A stretch of 62,298 nucleotides of DNA from an uncultured Bacteroidales bacterium. Lineage in GTDB: Bacteria > Bacteroidota > Bacteroidia > Bacteroidales > FEN-979. Shown piece by piece: positions 45,133 to 56,140 of this stretch. Within the stretch, counting starts at the first letter, position 1. Every line of letters starts with the position of its first letter. The stretch spans positions 1 through 62,298 of the forward strand of contig CAIYES010000164.1 of the NCBI GenBank assembly GCA_903925275.1, read 5' to 3'. The notes beneath the pieces are model-generated. The model was not told where the DNA came from, made no database searches, and saw nothing but the letters and a program-made list of their open reading frames with translations. Position numbers and translations under genes: made by a program.

Positions 45133-46134
45133 ATGCAAAAAAAACTATATTATACCTCAGGCGTCCTTTGCTTGTTATTGGTATGTTTTATCTCCATCTA
45201 TGCTATCGTGGAGGTGAAAAACCAGAACAACGAATACAACGCTCTTTTTAACCGGCATATGAAGATATTTTCGCCGGAGGTTCCGGCAACAGCTAATTTT
45301 GCCGGAGAAGTCGTTCCAATGGAATTGTATTACGTCAGAGAGGCCTTTGATCGTGAGATCATGGCAAGCACCTTTATGCATTCTTCGTCAATTATGATGT
45401 TCAAGCGTGCCAACCGATGGTTTCCTGTGATTGAACCCATTCTGAAAAAAAATGGGATCCCTGACGATTTCAAGTTCCTGGCACTCGCTGAAAGCAACCT
45501 GGTTAATGTGGTATCGCCAGCCGGCGCTGAGGGTTACTGGCAATTTATCAAGGCAACAGGCATGAAATACGGACTTGAAATCAATGACAACGTTGATGAA
45601 AGATATAACATGGAGAAAGCCACACAAGCTGCCTGTGATTACTTCAAAGATGCGTATAAAGACTTTAACAGCTGGACGCTCGTTGCCGCCTCCTATAACC
45701 GGGGAATAGATGGTGTTGATAGAGCGCTGGAAAATCAAAATGTCAGTAATTACTACGATTTGTACCTCAATGAGGAGCCTTCCCGCTACGTTTTCCGCAT
45801 CATCGCCATCAAGGAGGTTTACAACCATCCTGTCCGTTATGGATTTTACCTGCGTCAACGGGATTTCTATCCGCAACTGAACTGCCGTTCTATTGTGGTT
45901 GACAGCAGCATCGTCAATTTGCCTGCTTTTGCCAAACAAATGTCAATCAATTACAGGATCCTGCGTGAATTGAATCCATGGATCAAAAATTACAGTTTGC
46001 CTAACAAATCGAAAAAAACATACATCTTCCAGTTTCCAAAGGAGGGTGCATTGAATTTTGAAACACTTATGAAAAAGGTTCCTTCAGGCGAAACGTTTTT
46101 CCATGATACACTGAAATTTAACGAGGTTCACTAA
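45133..46134 (+). CDS. Lytic transglycosylase (SLT domain) protein, membrane anchored
   Basis: N-terminal TM helix. SLT motif LALAESNLVNVVSPAGAEGYWQF (catalytic Glu) and AAYNRG. Confidence 0.82.
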   Translation: MQKKLYYTSGVLCLLLVCFISIYAIVEVKNQNNEYNALFNRHMKIFSPEVPATANFAGEVVPMELYYVREAFDREIMASTFMHSSSIMMFKRANRWFPVIEPILKKNGIPDDFKFLALAESNLVNVVSPAGAEGYWQFIKATGMKYGLEINDNVDERYNMEKATQAACDYFKDAYKDFNSWTLVAASYNRGIDGVDRALENQNVSNYYDLYLNEEPSRYVFRIIAIKEVYNHPVRYGFYLRQRDFYPQLNCRSIVVDSSIVNLPAFAKQMSINYRILRELNPWIKNYSLPNKSKKTYIFQFPKEGALNFETLMKKVPSGETFFHDTLKFNEVH

Positions 46135-46157
46135 AGTTACTGATTTTCGCTGTTACC

Positions 46158-48980
46158 GTGGAAGAAAATTTGGAAGTATTCGGTGCCAGGGTTCACAACC
46201 TGAAAAATATTGACCTGATCATTCCCCGCAAAAAGTTTGTTGTGTTTACAGGCTTAAGCGGAAGTGGCAAGTCATCGCTTGCATTCGACACTATTTACGC
46301 CGAAGGCCAGCGACGGTACATGGAAACCTTTTCAGCTTATGCCAGGCAGTTCATCGGCAATCTGGAAAGGCCTGATGTGGATAAAATCAACGGACTAAGC
46401 CCGGTCATTTCCATTGAGCAGAAATCAACCAACCGGAACCCCCGATCGACCGTTGGGACGATCACCGAAATCTACGACTTCATGCGCCTGCTTTTTGCCC
46501 GGGCTGCCGATGCTTACTCATATGTTACCGGAGAGCAGATGGTCAGGTACAGTGAGCAGCAGATTGTCGAACTGATCCTTATACAATACACCGGGAAAGA
46601 TATCCTGGTGCTGGCACCAGTGGTAAAAGGACGTAAAGGGCATTACCGCGAACTGTTTGAGCAGATCCGCAAGCAAGGTTTTCTCAATGTTCGCATCGAT
46701 GGCGAGGTTAAGGAAATTTCGCATGGATTGCAACTTGACCGGTATAAAATCCATGATATTGAAATCGTTATCGACCAGATCAACATCCATCCGGAATCAA
46801 AAAAAAGGCTGGCAGGCTCTGTCAACCTGGCCCTGCGACATGGGAAGGATGTGTTGATGATCCTCGACAGGCACTCCGATACCGCCCGCCATTTCAGCCG
46901 CCTGCTGATGTGCCCTACTTCAGGAATCTCCTACAACGAGCCTGAACCGAACTCGTTTTCATTCAATTCTCCTTACGGGGCTTGTGCAAAATGCAATGGA
47001 CTTGGAACAATTTCCGAAATTGATATCAACAAAATCATTCCTGACCGTTCAAAAAGTATTAAAAAAGGAGGGATTGTTCCAATCGGGGAATATAAAAATT
47101 CCTGGATTTTCAAACAGATAGAAGCCATCGGTGAAAAATACGGATTTAACATTACCACACCCATTGATGAGATTCCTGAAAATGCCATCAATGTAATTTT
47201 AAACGGATCCGATGAAGTCTTCAGGGTAAAGAATGAATACCTCGGCGTATCATCGAGCTATTCACTGAATTTTGAAGGGATCGTAAGTTTCATAAACTCC
47301 CAGCACGCCGAAGCAGCCCCTGCCGGCATCATGAAGTGGGTGAGTAGTTTTATGAATAAAATGCCATGTCCGGAATGTGGAGGTGCGCGATTGAAAAAAG
47401 AATCTCTTTTTTTTAAACTCGGCGGAAAAAACATATCAGAATTGGCCAATACCGACCTTGTAAATCTGGCCATCTGGTTTGACCAACTCAATGACCAACT
47501 TGATGAACGAAAACGGACCATTGCCTTTGAGATCATCCGGGAAATCAGAAGCCGGATTCAATTCCTGCTCGATGTCGGTATCGGCTATCTGACGTTGAAC
47601 CGCACAGCACGAAGCCTTTCGGGTGGCGAAAGTCAGCGGATCCGATTGGCTACCCAGATCGGTTCACAATTGGTCGGAGTGCTGTATATCCTGGATGAAC
47701 CCAGTATAGGCCTCCACCAGCATGACAACCTAAGGCTCATTCACGCGTTGAAAAGTCTGCGTGATACCGGAAACTCTGTCATCGTGGTTGAGCATGACCA
47801 GGAAACCATCATGGCTGCCGATCATGTGATCGACATCGGGCCGGGAGCCGGGATCCATGGCGGAAGGATCGTTGCGCAGGGTACGCCTGCCGAAATCATG
47901 AACAGTGAGCAACTTACCGGGCTTTATCTGAGCGGAAAGCGAAAAATCAGGATTCCGACCGAACGCAGGAAAGGCAATGGCAAATTTCTTAAACTGACAG
48001 GTGCTACAGGCAATAACTTAAAAAACATTGAGCTGAGACTTCCGTTGGGAAAACTGATCTGCATCACAGGGCTCTCGGGAAGCGGGAAATCATCGCTTAT
48101 CAATGAGACCCTTTATCCGATTCTCAGTCAGCACTTTTTCCGGTCGGAACAAAAACCGTTGCCGTACGAAACGATCGAAGGAATTAAAAACATCGACAAG
48201 GTCATCGAAATTGACCAGTCGCCCATTGGACGTACTCCCCGATCCAATCCTGCCACCTACACGAAAATGTTCGACGACATCAGAAAACTCTATGCTGAAT
48301 TGCCGGAATCAAAGATCAGAGGCTATAAACCCGGTCGGTTTTCTTTCAATGTGAAAGGAGGACGATGTGAAACCTGCAAAGGGGCTGGGTTGCGTGTGAT
48401 CGAGATGAATTTTCTGCCCGATGTATATGTTCCATGCGAAACCTGTCAGGGACACCGGTACAACCGTGAAACCCTGGAAGTCCGGTACAAAGGAAAATCC
48501 ATCAACGACGTACTCAATATGACCATTGAACAGGCTGTGGATTTCTTTGAGAACATTCCGTTTATCGTCCATAAAATCAATACGATTAACGAGGTCGGCC
48601 TTGGTTACGTCACCCTGGGTCAGCAATCGACCACCCTTTCAGGGGGCGAAGCGCAACGTGTCAAACTTGCAACGGAACTATCAAAAACAGACACTGGAAA
48701 CACCCTTTACATCCTCGACGAACCAACCACCGGATTGCACTTTGAAGATGTAAAGGTACTACTTTGCGTGCTCAACAAGCTGGTTGCAAAGGGGAATACA
48801 GTGTTAGTGATCGAACACAACATGGAAGTGATAAAGGTTTCAGACCATATCATCGACATGGGGCCGGAAGGGGGTGAACGTGGCGGTCATATCCTTGCCG
48901 AAGGCACACCGGAGGAGGTTGCGCTGCATCCATCAGGTTTCACGGCTCGTTACCTTAAAGAAATCCTCGGAATTACGTGA
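46158..48980 (+). CDS. uvrA: Excinuclease ABC subunit A
   Basis: Two ABC modules (GLSGSGKSSL twice, LSGGE twice), zinc-finger Cys pairs, 940 aa. The start is a GTG. Confidence 0.97.
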   Translation: MEENLEVFGARVHNLKNIDLIIPRKKFVVFTGLSGSGKSSLAFDTIYAEGQRRYMETFSAYARQFIGNLERPDVDKINGLSPVISIEQKSTNRNPRSTVGTITEIYDFMRLLFARAADAYSYVTGEQMVRYSEQQIVELILIQYTGKDILVLAPVVKGRKGHYRELFEQIRKQGFLNVRIDGEVKEISHGLQLDRYKIHDIEIVIDQINIHPESKKRLAGSVNLALRHGKDVLMILDRHSDTARHFSRLLMCPTSGISYNEPEPNSFSFNSPYGACAKCNGLGTISEIDINKIIPDRSKSIKKGGIVPIGEYKNSWIFKQIEAIGEKYGFNITTPIDEIPENAINVILNGSDEVFRVKNEYLGVSSSYSLNFEGIVSFINSQHAEAAPAGIMKWVSSFMNKMPCPECGGARLKKESLFFKLGGKNISELANTDLVNLAIWFDQLNDQLDERKRTIAFEIIREIRSRIQFLLDVGIGYLTLNRTARSLSGGESQRIRLATQIGSQLVGVLYILDEPSIGLHQHDNLRLIHALKSLRDTGNSVIVVEHDQETIMAADHVIDIGPGAGIHGGRIVAQGTPAEIMNSEQLTGLYLSGKRKIRIPTERRKGNGKFLKLTGATGNNLKNIELRLPLGKLICITGLSGSGKSSLINETLYPILSQHFFRSEQKPLPYETIEGIKNIDKVIEIDQSPIGRTPRSNPATYTKMFDDIRKLYAELPESKIRGYKPGRFSFNVKGGRCETCKGAGLRVIEMNFLPDVYVPCETCQGHRYNRETLEVRYKGKSINDVLNMTIEQAVDFFENIPFIVHKINTINEVGLGYVTLGQQSTTLSGGEAQRVKLATELSKTDTGNTLYILDEPTTGLHFEDVKVLLCVLNKLVAKGNTVLVIEHNMEVIKVSDHIIDMGPEGGERGGHILAEGTPEEVALHPSGFTARYLKEILGIT

Positions 48981-49017
48981 TATTTCCGTACATTTGATCC
49001 TTTAAACAGAACCATTG

Positions 49018-49728
49018 ATGCAGGCTGAAGATTTAGCAAAATTGAAAGAATCAATACAACCCAAAAACTGGTCGGAAACGATCAGCTATGACACCTGGGA
49101 AATTTTAAAGGTAATATCCGAGATGGTTGAGGGGTTTGAAAAACTGAGCCGGATTGGCCCCTGCGTATCTATTTTTGGCTCTGCACGCATCAAGGAAGGT
49201 CATCCCTACTACAAACTGGCGGAAGAAATTGCATACCTGATGACAAAGGCCGGCTTTGGAATTATCACCGGTGGCGGTCCAGGAATTATGGAAGCTGCCA
49301 ACAAAGGGGCTCATTTTGCAGGAGGAAAATCAGTGGGATTAAACATCAACCTTCCGTTTGAACAAAGTCCCAATCCGTTCATCGACCGTAATAAGCTCCT
49401 GAATTTTAATTTCTTTTACGTCCGAAAAACAATGTTCATGCGTTATTCCATGGGCTTCATCGCCCTGCCGGGCGGATTCGGAACCCTCGATGAACTCACC
49501 GAGGCGATCACCCTGATCCAGACACATAAACTGGTGAACTTCCCGATTGTACTGGTTTCACGTGCTTACTGGCAGGGACTGATCGACTGGATCACCAGTA
49601 CCGTGCTTGCTGAACAGAACATCAGTGCAACAGATCTTGAAATTTTCAAAATCGTTGATACTGCTCAGGAAGCTGTTGGATACATCACAGAGTTTTACAA
49701 GACATATGCCCTTAAACCTAACTTCTGA
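49018..49728 (+). CDS. LOG family / TIGR00730 Rossmann-fold nucleotide-binding protein
   Basis: GGGPGIMEAAN and PGGFGTLDEL motifs. Confidence 0.88.
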   Translation: MQAEDLAKLKESIQPKNWSETISYDTWEILKVISEMVEGFEKLSRIGPCVSIFGSARIKEGHPYYKLAEEIAYLMTKAGFGIITGGGPGIMEAANKGAHFAGGKSVGLNINLPFEQSPNPFIDRNKLLNFNFFYVRKTMFMRYSMGFIALPGGFGTLDELTEAITLIQTHKLVNFPIVLVSRAYWQGLIDWITSTVLAEQNISATDLEIFKIVDTAQEAVGYITEFYKTYALKPNF

Positions 49729-49777
49729 AAAGGGTCAGTTATTTGATTATTTTTGCATTTTTAACAAAGCTTCCTTC

Positions 49778-50155
49778 ATGCCAAGAAGAAAGAAAAAAGA
49801 ACCTCGTGAACTTTTAATTGAATCGGTGGTCACTGCTATGACGGACACAAAGGCAAAAAACCCTGTCATTCTTGATTTTTCAGGAATGAAAGGCGCGGTT
49901 TGTGATGCATTTGTTATTTGCCATGGAAGCTCGCGTACACAAACAGAGGCCATTGCCGATCATATAATCGAAGAGGTAAAAAAACAAACCGGCCAAAATC
50001 CATGGCATAAAGAGGGTTTTGAAAATGCGGAATGGATTTTGATCGACTATGGCGACGTGGTCACCCACATTTTTCAGGAAGAACGGCGAAGATTCTACAA
50101 CATAGAGCAATTATGGGCCGATGCTCCTTTAACAAAGGTTGACTCACACGCATAA
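49778..50155 (+). CDS. rsfS: Ribosome silencing factor RsfS
   Basis: Start at MPRRKKKEP. Motifs CDAFVICHGSSRTQTEAIADHI, EWILIDYGDVVTHIF and YNIEQLW. Confidence 0.88.
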   Translation: MPRRKKKEPRELLIESVVTAMTDTKAKNPVILDFSGMKGAVCDAFVICHGSSRTQTEAIADHIIEEVKKQTGQNPWHKEGFENAEWILIDYGDVVTHIFQEERRRFYNIEQLWADAPLTKVDSHA

Positions 50156-50187
50156 ACAGAGATACTTATTTTTTGGAATCAGACAGA

Positions 50188-52197
50188 ATGGCAGAAAAAG
50201 GAAATAGTTTTATACCTCCAAAGGGCAAACGACCCAAATTTAGTTTTTACTGGATCTATGCGATCCTGGCAATTGTTTTTATCGCTATCCAATATTTCAA
50301 CTATTCTAACCCGGTGCAGGAAAGATCCTGGAACAAACTGGAGGAAATGCTGAAGAAACAGGATATTGAAAAACTTGTGGTTATCAACAAGGAGAAGGCC
50401 GAAATTTATATTAAAAAAGACAAGCTTAAATCGGATACCGCATATAAAGAATTCACCAAGCGCAGTTTCGGATCTACCTCTTCATCCGGCCCTGAGTTTT
50501 TCTACCAGATCGGTTCTGTTGATATTTTTTATGGTCTGTTAAAAGATACCCGCGATTCAATCGTATCGCAAATGAAACATGACTCGGTTCCTGCCGCTCA
50601 GATCATGGAATTTCAGGAACAATATCCCTACCCCCCTTCAACCGACTCGAGGAAAGATATATTTGGCGACATTTTTTCGTACCTGCTGCCAATCATCGTT
50701 CTGATTGGCGCATGGTTCCTGATCATGCGTTTCATGAGCAAGGGCGGTGGCGGCGGAGGTCAGATTTTCAACATCGGAAAATCAAAAGCACAACTTTTTG
50801 ATAAAGATACCAGCGTTAGCATTACCTTTAATGATGTGGCAGGACTGGAGGAGGCCAAGGTAGAAATTATGGAGATCGTCGATTTCCTTAAAAATCCGTC
50901 AAAATATACCAACCTTGGTGGGAAAATCCCTAAAGGCGCCCTCCTGGTCGGTCCCCCGGGAACCGGGAAAACATTGCTGGCCAAGGCAGTGGCAGGCGAA
51001 GCCAAAGTTCCCTTCTTCTCCATCTCAGGTTCCGATTTTGTTGAAATGTTTGTCGGAGTCGGAGCATCACGCGTTCGTGATCTTTTCAGGCAGGCAAAGG
51101 AAAAAGCGCCATGCATTATTTTTATTGATGAAATTGATGCCATCGGACGGGCACGTGGACGCAACGCCATCACAGGTGCCAATGATGAGCGTGAAAACAC
51201 GCTGAATCAGCTTCTTACTGAAATGGATTGTTTTGGCACCAATGCCGGCGTCATTATTCTGGCAGCTACCAACCGTGCCGATATCCTCGACCGTGCCCTG
51301 ATGCGGGCCGGACGTTTCGATCGTCAGATCAATGTTGAACTCCCCGACCTGGAAGAACGTAAAGCGATTTTCAAAGTACATTTAAAACCATTGAAATTAG
51401 ATCCGGGACTGGATGTTGATTTCCTTGCCAAACAAACCCCGGGATTTTCAGGCGCCGATATTGCCAATGTTTGCAACGAATCAGCTTTGATCGCTGCTCG
51501 TAAAAACAAACAAATCATTGAGAAACAAGATTTTCTAGATGCCATTGATCGCATCATCGGCGGGTTGGAAAAACGCAATAAAATCATCTCCGTCCATGAA
51601 AAAAAGGTGATTGCTTACCATGAATCGGGACATGCCACAACAAGCTGGCTGCTGGAGTATGCTCATCCGCTGGTGAAGGTTACCATTGTCCCGCGTGGTA
51701 AAGCACTGGGAGCTGCATGGTACCTGCCCGAAGAACGGCAAATCACTACCTATGAGCAGATGTTCGACGAAATTACTTCTGCCATGGGTGGACGTGCCTC
51801 AGAAGAACTCATCTTTGGAAAAGTTTCGACAGGCGCATTGAACGACCTCGAAAAGGTTTCAAAACAGGCCTATGCCATGGTGGTTTATTTTGGATTGAAC
51901 AAAGAGATCGGCAACATCAGTTTTTACGATTCCAGCGGACAAAACGAATACGCATTCCAGAAACCGTACAGCGAAAAAACTGCTGAGACCATTGATCAGG
52001 AGGTGCGTAAAATCGTTGAAAGCGCCTATGAACGGGCTAAAGTACTCCTTGGCGAAAACCGGGAAAAACTTGAACGGCTGGCCACTTTATTGTTAGAGCG
52101 GGAAGTCATCTTCAGGGAAGACCTGGAGGAAATATTCGGTAAGCGTCCTTGGGACAAAGAGGAAGAAAAACTACCACAAGCAACTTTGTTATCTTAA
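50188..52197 (+). CDS. ftsH: ATP-dependent zinc metalloprotease FtsH
   Basis: Two TM helices, Walker A GPPGTGKT, Walker [12 protein letters not shown] region, and zinc site HESGHA. Confidence 0.96.
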   Translation: MAEKGNSFIPPKGKRPKFSFYWIYAILAIVFIAIQYFNYSNPVQERSWNKLEEMLKKQDIEKLVVINKEKAEIYIKKDKLKSDTAYKEFTKRSFGSTSSSGPEFFYQIGSVDIFYGLLKDTRDSIVSQMKHDSVPAAQIMEFQEQYPYPPSTDSRKDIFGDIFSYLLPIIVLIGAWFLIMRFMSKGGGGGGQIFNIGKSKAQLFDKDTSVSITFNDVAGLEEAKVEIMEIVDFLKNPSKYTNLGGKIPKGALLVGPPGTGKTLLAKAVAGEAKVPFFSISGSDFVEMFVGVGASRVRDLFRQAKEKAPCIIFIDEIDAIGRARGRNAITGANDERENTLNQLLTEMDCFGTNAGVIILAATNRADILDRALMRAGRFDRQINVELPDLEERKAIFKVHLKPLKLDPGLDVDFLAKQTPGFSGADIANVCNESALIAARKNKQIIEKQDFLDAIDRIIGGLEKRNKIISVHEKKVIAYHESGHATTSWLLEYAHPLVKVTIVPRGKALGAAWYLPEERQITTYEQMFDEITSAMGGRASEELIFGKVSTGALNDLEKVSKQAYAMVVYFGLNKEIGNISFYDSSGQNEYAFQKPYSEKTAETIDQEVRKIVESAYERAKVLLGENREKLERLATLLLEREVIFREDLEEIFGKRPWDKEEEKLPQATLLS

Positions 52198-52214
52198 TCT
52201 GATCCTGGAAAAAC

Positions 52215-52868
52215 ATGGAAGAGAGTACCTCCAGAGAAAAGATCCTGAAAAAAGTAAGGGATGCACTGATCGAAAAGACAGAGACGCCCTACCCCATTAT
52301 TGATCAGGATTCTTCCGTTTACCAGGATATTACAGAACCTCTTGATGTAACGTTTGCTGAAGCCCTGGTAAAAATCGCCGGAAAGTTTGTTTATTGTGAA
52401 AACGAAGATGAATTTACCGGTATCCTTAAATCATTCATTCTTGAAAAAGACTGGGGAGTTCTTTTCTGCCAGGATGAAAAACTCCATCAATTGCTGAAGC
52501 TGGGTGGAATTCCATACGAATCTGATACTGAAGCTATATTAGATGCCAGGATCGGAATTACCAGATGCGAATCCCTTATTGCCCGGCTTGGTACCGTGAT
52601 GGTATCGTCGCGTTTGAGCCCCGGCCGCAAGATCACTGTTTATCCTGAAATTCATCTGGTCCTGGGATATACTTCACAATTGGTGCCCGATCTGAAACAA
52701 GCCCTGGCAAACATCAAGAAAAAGTACCGGGATAATTATCCATCAATGGTTTCATTGATAACAGGACCAAGCCGTACAGCCGATATTGAAAAAACACTTG
52801 TCATGGGTGCTCATGGACCAAAGGAACTTTATGTTTTTTTAATTGATGACTCAATACCTTTAACATAA
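52215..52868 (+). CDS. LUD domain (LutC/YkgG-like) protein
   Basis: The size, the C-terminal ITGPSRTADIEKTLVMGAHGP block typical of the LUD domain, and the ftsH-cdsA neighbourhood. Confidence 0.68.
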   Translation: MEESTSREKILKKVRDALIEKTETPYPIIDQDSSVYQDITEPLDVTFAEALVKIAGKFVYCENEDEFTGILKSFILEKDWGVLFCQDEKLHQLLKLGGIPYESDTEAILDARIGITRCESLIARLGTVMVSSRLSPGRKITVYPEIHLVLGYTSQLVPDLKQALANIKKKYRDNYPSMVSLITGPSRTADIEKTLVMGAHGPKELYVFLIDDSIPLT

Positions 52869-52879
52869 CATGACCGCGG

Positions 52880-53740
52880 ATGAGTAATTTCCTGACCCGT
52901 ACCATTACCGGTTTATCAATGGTGTTCATCCTGCTCATGGCACTTTTTTTCAGCGGTTGGGTCTTTGCCTCCATTTTCCTCGTCATAACCATTCTCGGAC
53001 TATGGGAATTCTATGGGCTTATCAGCAGTGATGAATGTCACCCGCAAAAATACTACGGAACCTTTGCAGGTGCTTTGTTTTTTGCAGGCACTGCTATAAT
53101 TTGCTTACTCCCGGCTTACAATAATTCCGATCAGCTTTGGGTTTCCTTTATGCCATTTATACTGCCGATCCCGCTGATCTTTTTATCATTCGTTATTGAA
53201 ATCTACCGGAATAAGCCAAAACCGTTGGTCAACATTGCCACTACTACCATTGGCTTTCTGTATATTGCTTTGCCGTTATCATTGTTAATTTTCTTCAATC
53301 GACCCGGTGTGCTTCACTTTTGGGGTATGCCGGTTATCCTGGTAAGCTATTTCGGATTTACCTGGATGGACGATACAGCAGCGTATCTGTATGGCAAACA
53401 ATTTGGGAAACATAAATTTTTTGAACGCATCTCTCCCAAAAAAACATGGGAAGGAACCATTGCCGGAGCGATTGTCACCCTGGCTGCTGCATTTGGCCTC
53501 CATTTTCTTGTTAAAGATTTAATCCTGATTGACTCGCTGGCACTGGCTTGTATTGTCCTCTTTTTCGGCACACACGGTGACCTTGTTGAATCGCTTCTCA
53601 AACGCAGCCTTAACATTAAGGATTCCGGAACCATCCTGCCGGGACATGGTGGCATACTTGATCGTTTTGATACCATGCTAATCTCGGCACCTTTTGTATT
53701 TTTGTATTTCTTTTTACGACATTCTATCTTATACCCATGA
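52880..53740 (+). CDS. cdsA: Phosphatidate cytidylyltransferase
   Basis: Polytopic membrane protein. C-terminal signature SLLKRSLNIKDSGTILPGHGGILDRFD. Confidence 0.9.
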   Translation: MSNFLTRTITGLSMVFILLMALFFSGWVFASIFLVITILGLWEFYGLISSDECHPQKYYGTFAGALFFAGTAIICLLPAYNNSDQLWVSFMPFILPIPLIFLSFVIEIYRNKPKPLVNIATTTIGFLYIALPLSLLIFFNRPGVLHFWGMPVILVSYFGFTWMDDTAAYLYGKQFGKHKFFERISPKKTWEGTIAGAIVTLAAAFGLHFLVKDLILIDSLALACIVLFFGTHGDLVESLLKRSLNIKDSGTILPGHGGILDRFDTMLISAPFVFLYFFLRHSILYP

Positions 53741-54396
53741 CAATTCACCGAGAAGGATACAAGACCATCATCATCGCTTTTTTATTTGTTGCTGCAGTTC
53801 TGCTGGCTTTAAACGATATCCTGGTTGATCAATCCTGGTTTCATTACTGCATGTATGCACTTTGTCTTTGGTTTTTTATCATGATCGTAAGGTTCTTCCG
53901 ATCACCAAAACGCATTTGCAATGGTGGGGACAAAGTGATCCTGTGTCCGGCCGATGGGAAAATCGTGGTAATTGAACGCACACTTGAACCGGAATACTTC
54001 AAAGATGAGCGGATCCAGGTTTCCATCTTTATGTCAGCAACCAACGTGCATGTCAACTGGTTCCCGGTTGGAGGTGAAATCGTTTATTACTATTACCATC
54101 CGGGCAAACATATGGTAGCGTTCAACCCCAAGGCATCGCTGGAGAATGAACGGGCCACAACGGTCATTCAAACCATTGATCACAAAAAGATCCTTGTCAG
54201 GCAGATCGCCGGTGCAATGGCCCGCAGGATAAAATGCTACCCGAAAGTTGGTGAACCTGTTAATCAGGGTGAGGAACTTGGCTTTATTAAGTTCGGATCG
54301 CGCGTTGACCTCTTGCTCCCTGTTGACACGAAATTAGAGATTTCCCTGAATCAGAAAGTGACCGGACAAAAAACCATCATCGGTCACCTGAGTTAA
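53737..54396 (+). CDS. psd: Phosphatidylserine decarboxylase proenzyme (short, Bacteroidota type)
   Basis: Two N-terminal TM helices and the GFIKFGSRVD self-cleavage (G-S) motif. A 4-nt overlap with cdsA. Confidence 0.9.
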   Translation: MTIHREGYKTIIIAFLFVAAVLLALNDILVDQSWFHYCMYALCLWFFIMIVRFFRSPKRICNGGDKVILCPADGKIVVIERTLEPEYFKDERIQVSIFMSATNVHVNWFPVGGEIVYYYYHPGKHMVAFNPKASLENERATTVIQTIDHKKILVRQIAGAMARRIKCYPKVGEPVNQGEELGFIKFGSRVDLLLPVDTKLEISLNQKVTGQKTIIGHLS

Positions 54397-54403
54397 TATC
54401 CGT

Positions 54404-55063
54404 TTATTCATCGAGCGCCCGCTTCAGAAATGTGTTGAAAGGATACATTACGCTGAAAGCCATTATCAAAAGATCATAAAAATGATCTGATTCTACGATT
54501 TCATTCCTGAGCGGGAAAGTCAGTATATAATGTTTGTGCTTCAACAGTTCGATTTCCTGAAAATCTTTCGGAAAATCCTTAGGCGCCATTTTGACCTTTT
54601 CTATTTCCTGCAAACCATCGCTGTATTTCCTGATCTTTTTATCATTAAGAATTGACAAAAATTCATTTACATTATAATAAATTTCCTTCCTGATTTTCTT
54701 AAGCTGTTCCGGTTCCGGCATATAAACCCCCACTGAGATAAAAGAACCTCCCGGCTGAAGATGAATGTAATAACCCGGTCCGGTACCTTTTCGTCCGGCA
54801 TGGGTGATCCATGCCCCCATGTTGGTTTTGTAGGGTGATTTATCCTTGGCAAACCGCACATCGCGAAAAATACGGAACATGCAATCCTTTGCCTCAATGT
54901 ATTTCACCGATTCGTCGAATTTGGCAATTGCCGGAATTATTGAGTTTACAAATGATTCAACCTCCTTCTTTGCCTCATCGTACTGCTTTTTATGTAATTG
55001 GAACCATTCACGGGTATTATTTTCCTGGAGCTGAGCCAGAAAATCCAGAACTATTTTTTTCAT
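54404..55063 (-). CDS. DUF2461 (TIGR02453) family protein
   Basis: Start taken at MKKIVLDFLAQLQENNTREWF. Motifs RIFRDVRFAKDKSPYKTNMGA and PGYYIHLQPG. Confidence 0.78.
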   Translation of the reverse strand: MKKIVLDFLAQLQENNTREWFQLHKKQYDEAKKEVESFVNSIIPAIAKFDESVKYIEAKDCMFRIFRDVRFAKDKSPYKTNMGAWITHAGRKGTGPGYYIHLQPGGSFISVGVYMPEPEQLKKIRKEIYYNVNEFLSILNDKKIRKYSDGLQEIEKVKMAPKDFPKDFQEIELLKHKHYILTFPLRNEIVESDHFYDLLIMAFSVMYPFNTFLKRALDE

Positions 55064-55212
55064 AGGATCATTTTTTTGAGCAAACTTACACAATAATCCT
55101 GAAAAATATGATGGTCTAACCATTCCTCCACCCATGAATACATCAGGAAAAAAAAATTCCAAAAACCGATTTACTTTTTTGATTATTTCCGATTAAGCAG
55201 TAAAACAGCGTG

Positions 55213-56028
55213 ATGAAAACAACATTGTCATGTGGTATCCTGCTTCTCTTAACCATATTGAAGGGATACTCCGCAGGCGAGCGCATTCCGGCGGGAGGCC
55301 GCTCACTGGCCATGGGCGGGACTTCCGTCTCACAATGCGATCTCTGGTCGTTGAGTAATAACCAGGCCGGCGCTGCCTGGTTAAAGGGAGGCGGCGCCGG
55401 CCTGGGCTCCGAAAATCGATTCCTTCTGGCAGATCTGACTTACGAACAACTCGGATTGGCCGTGGCGTGGAAAGCAGGAACCTTCGGCCTTTTCATCAGC
55501 CGGCTTGGCAATAACCAATACAATGAACTGAAAGCGGGGTTAAGCTATGCACGGAAATTCGGAAAACATTTCTCTGCAGGCGTTCAACTGGATTACCTGC
55601 GGATTCATATCATGGATGACTATGGCAACAAGAGCCTGGTGTCGTGTGAAATCGGATTGCAATACCATGCCGACCGGCACCTGATTATCGGGGTTCACCT
55701 GATCAACCCGGTGCCGGTAAAAATCACAGAATACCCGTCGGAACTGCTGCCTTCAACCTTGTGTGCAGGTCTTTCATATCTGTTTTCCGATGCTTTTATC
55801 GTAAATATCGAAGTTGAAAAAGACCTTTTAAATAAACCGTTGTTTCGTGCCGGAGCAGAATATCATTTTGCCAAGCCGATGTATGCCCGTATCGGACTAT
55901 CAGTCAACCCCATGGCGTTTAGCTTCGGATTTGGCCTGGAATTCGGTAAATTAACCATCGACATTGCTTCGGGATACCACCAGGCGCTTGGGTTCAGCCC
56001 TGCCGGATCCATAATTTATTCATTCTGA
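55213..56028 (+). CDS. Small outer-membrane beta-barrel protein (PorV/PorQ-like N-terminal motif)
   Basis: Signal peptide, then GGRSLAMGGTSVSQCDLWSLSNNQAGAA, alternating beta-strand pattern, and a C-terminal IIYSF. Confidence 0.55.
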   Translation: MKTTLSCGILLLLTILKGYSAGERIPAGGRSLAMGGTSVSQCDLWSLSNNQAGAAWLKGGGAGLGSENRFLLADLTYEQLGLAVAWKAGTFGLFISRLGNNQYNELKAGLSYARKFGKHFSAGVQLDYLRIHIMDDYGNKSLVSCEIGLQYHADRHLIIGVHLINPVPVKITEYPSELLPSTLCAGLSYLFSDAFIVNIEVEKDLLNKPLFRAGAEYHFAKPMYARIGLSVNPMAFSFGFGLEFGKLTIDIASGYHQALGFSPAGSIIYSF

Positions 56029-56140
56029 TGCCATTGATTTTGTTCCGGCAATCTACTGGACAACCTGACTTGCAAACAATTTGAAAACAGATCCTGAACG
56101 CTCTCCGAAAAAGGTCATGAACAGAGAAAAATAAGATTCC

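Noticed and set aside
45388-45939. 183-aa antisense ORF inside the lytic transglycosylase gene. Similar shadows include 854..1213, 2332..2727, 50760..51200, 53347..53748 and 41504..41938.
   Set aside because: Each lies opposite a CDS with clear family motifs. None has a signal, motif or sensible start context.
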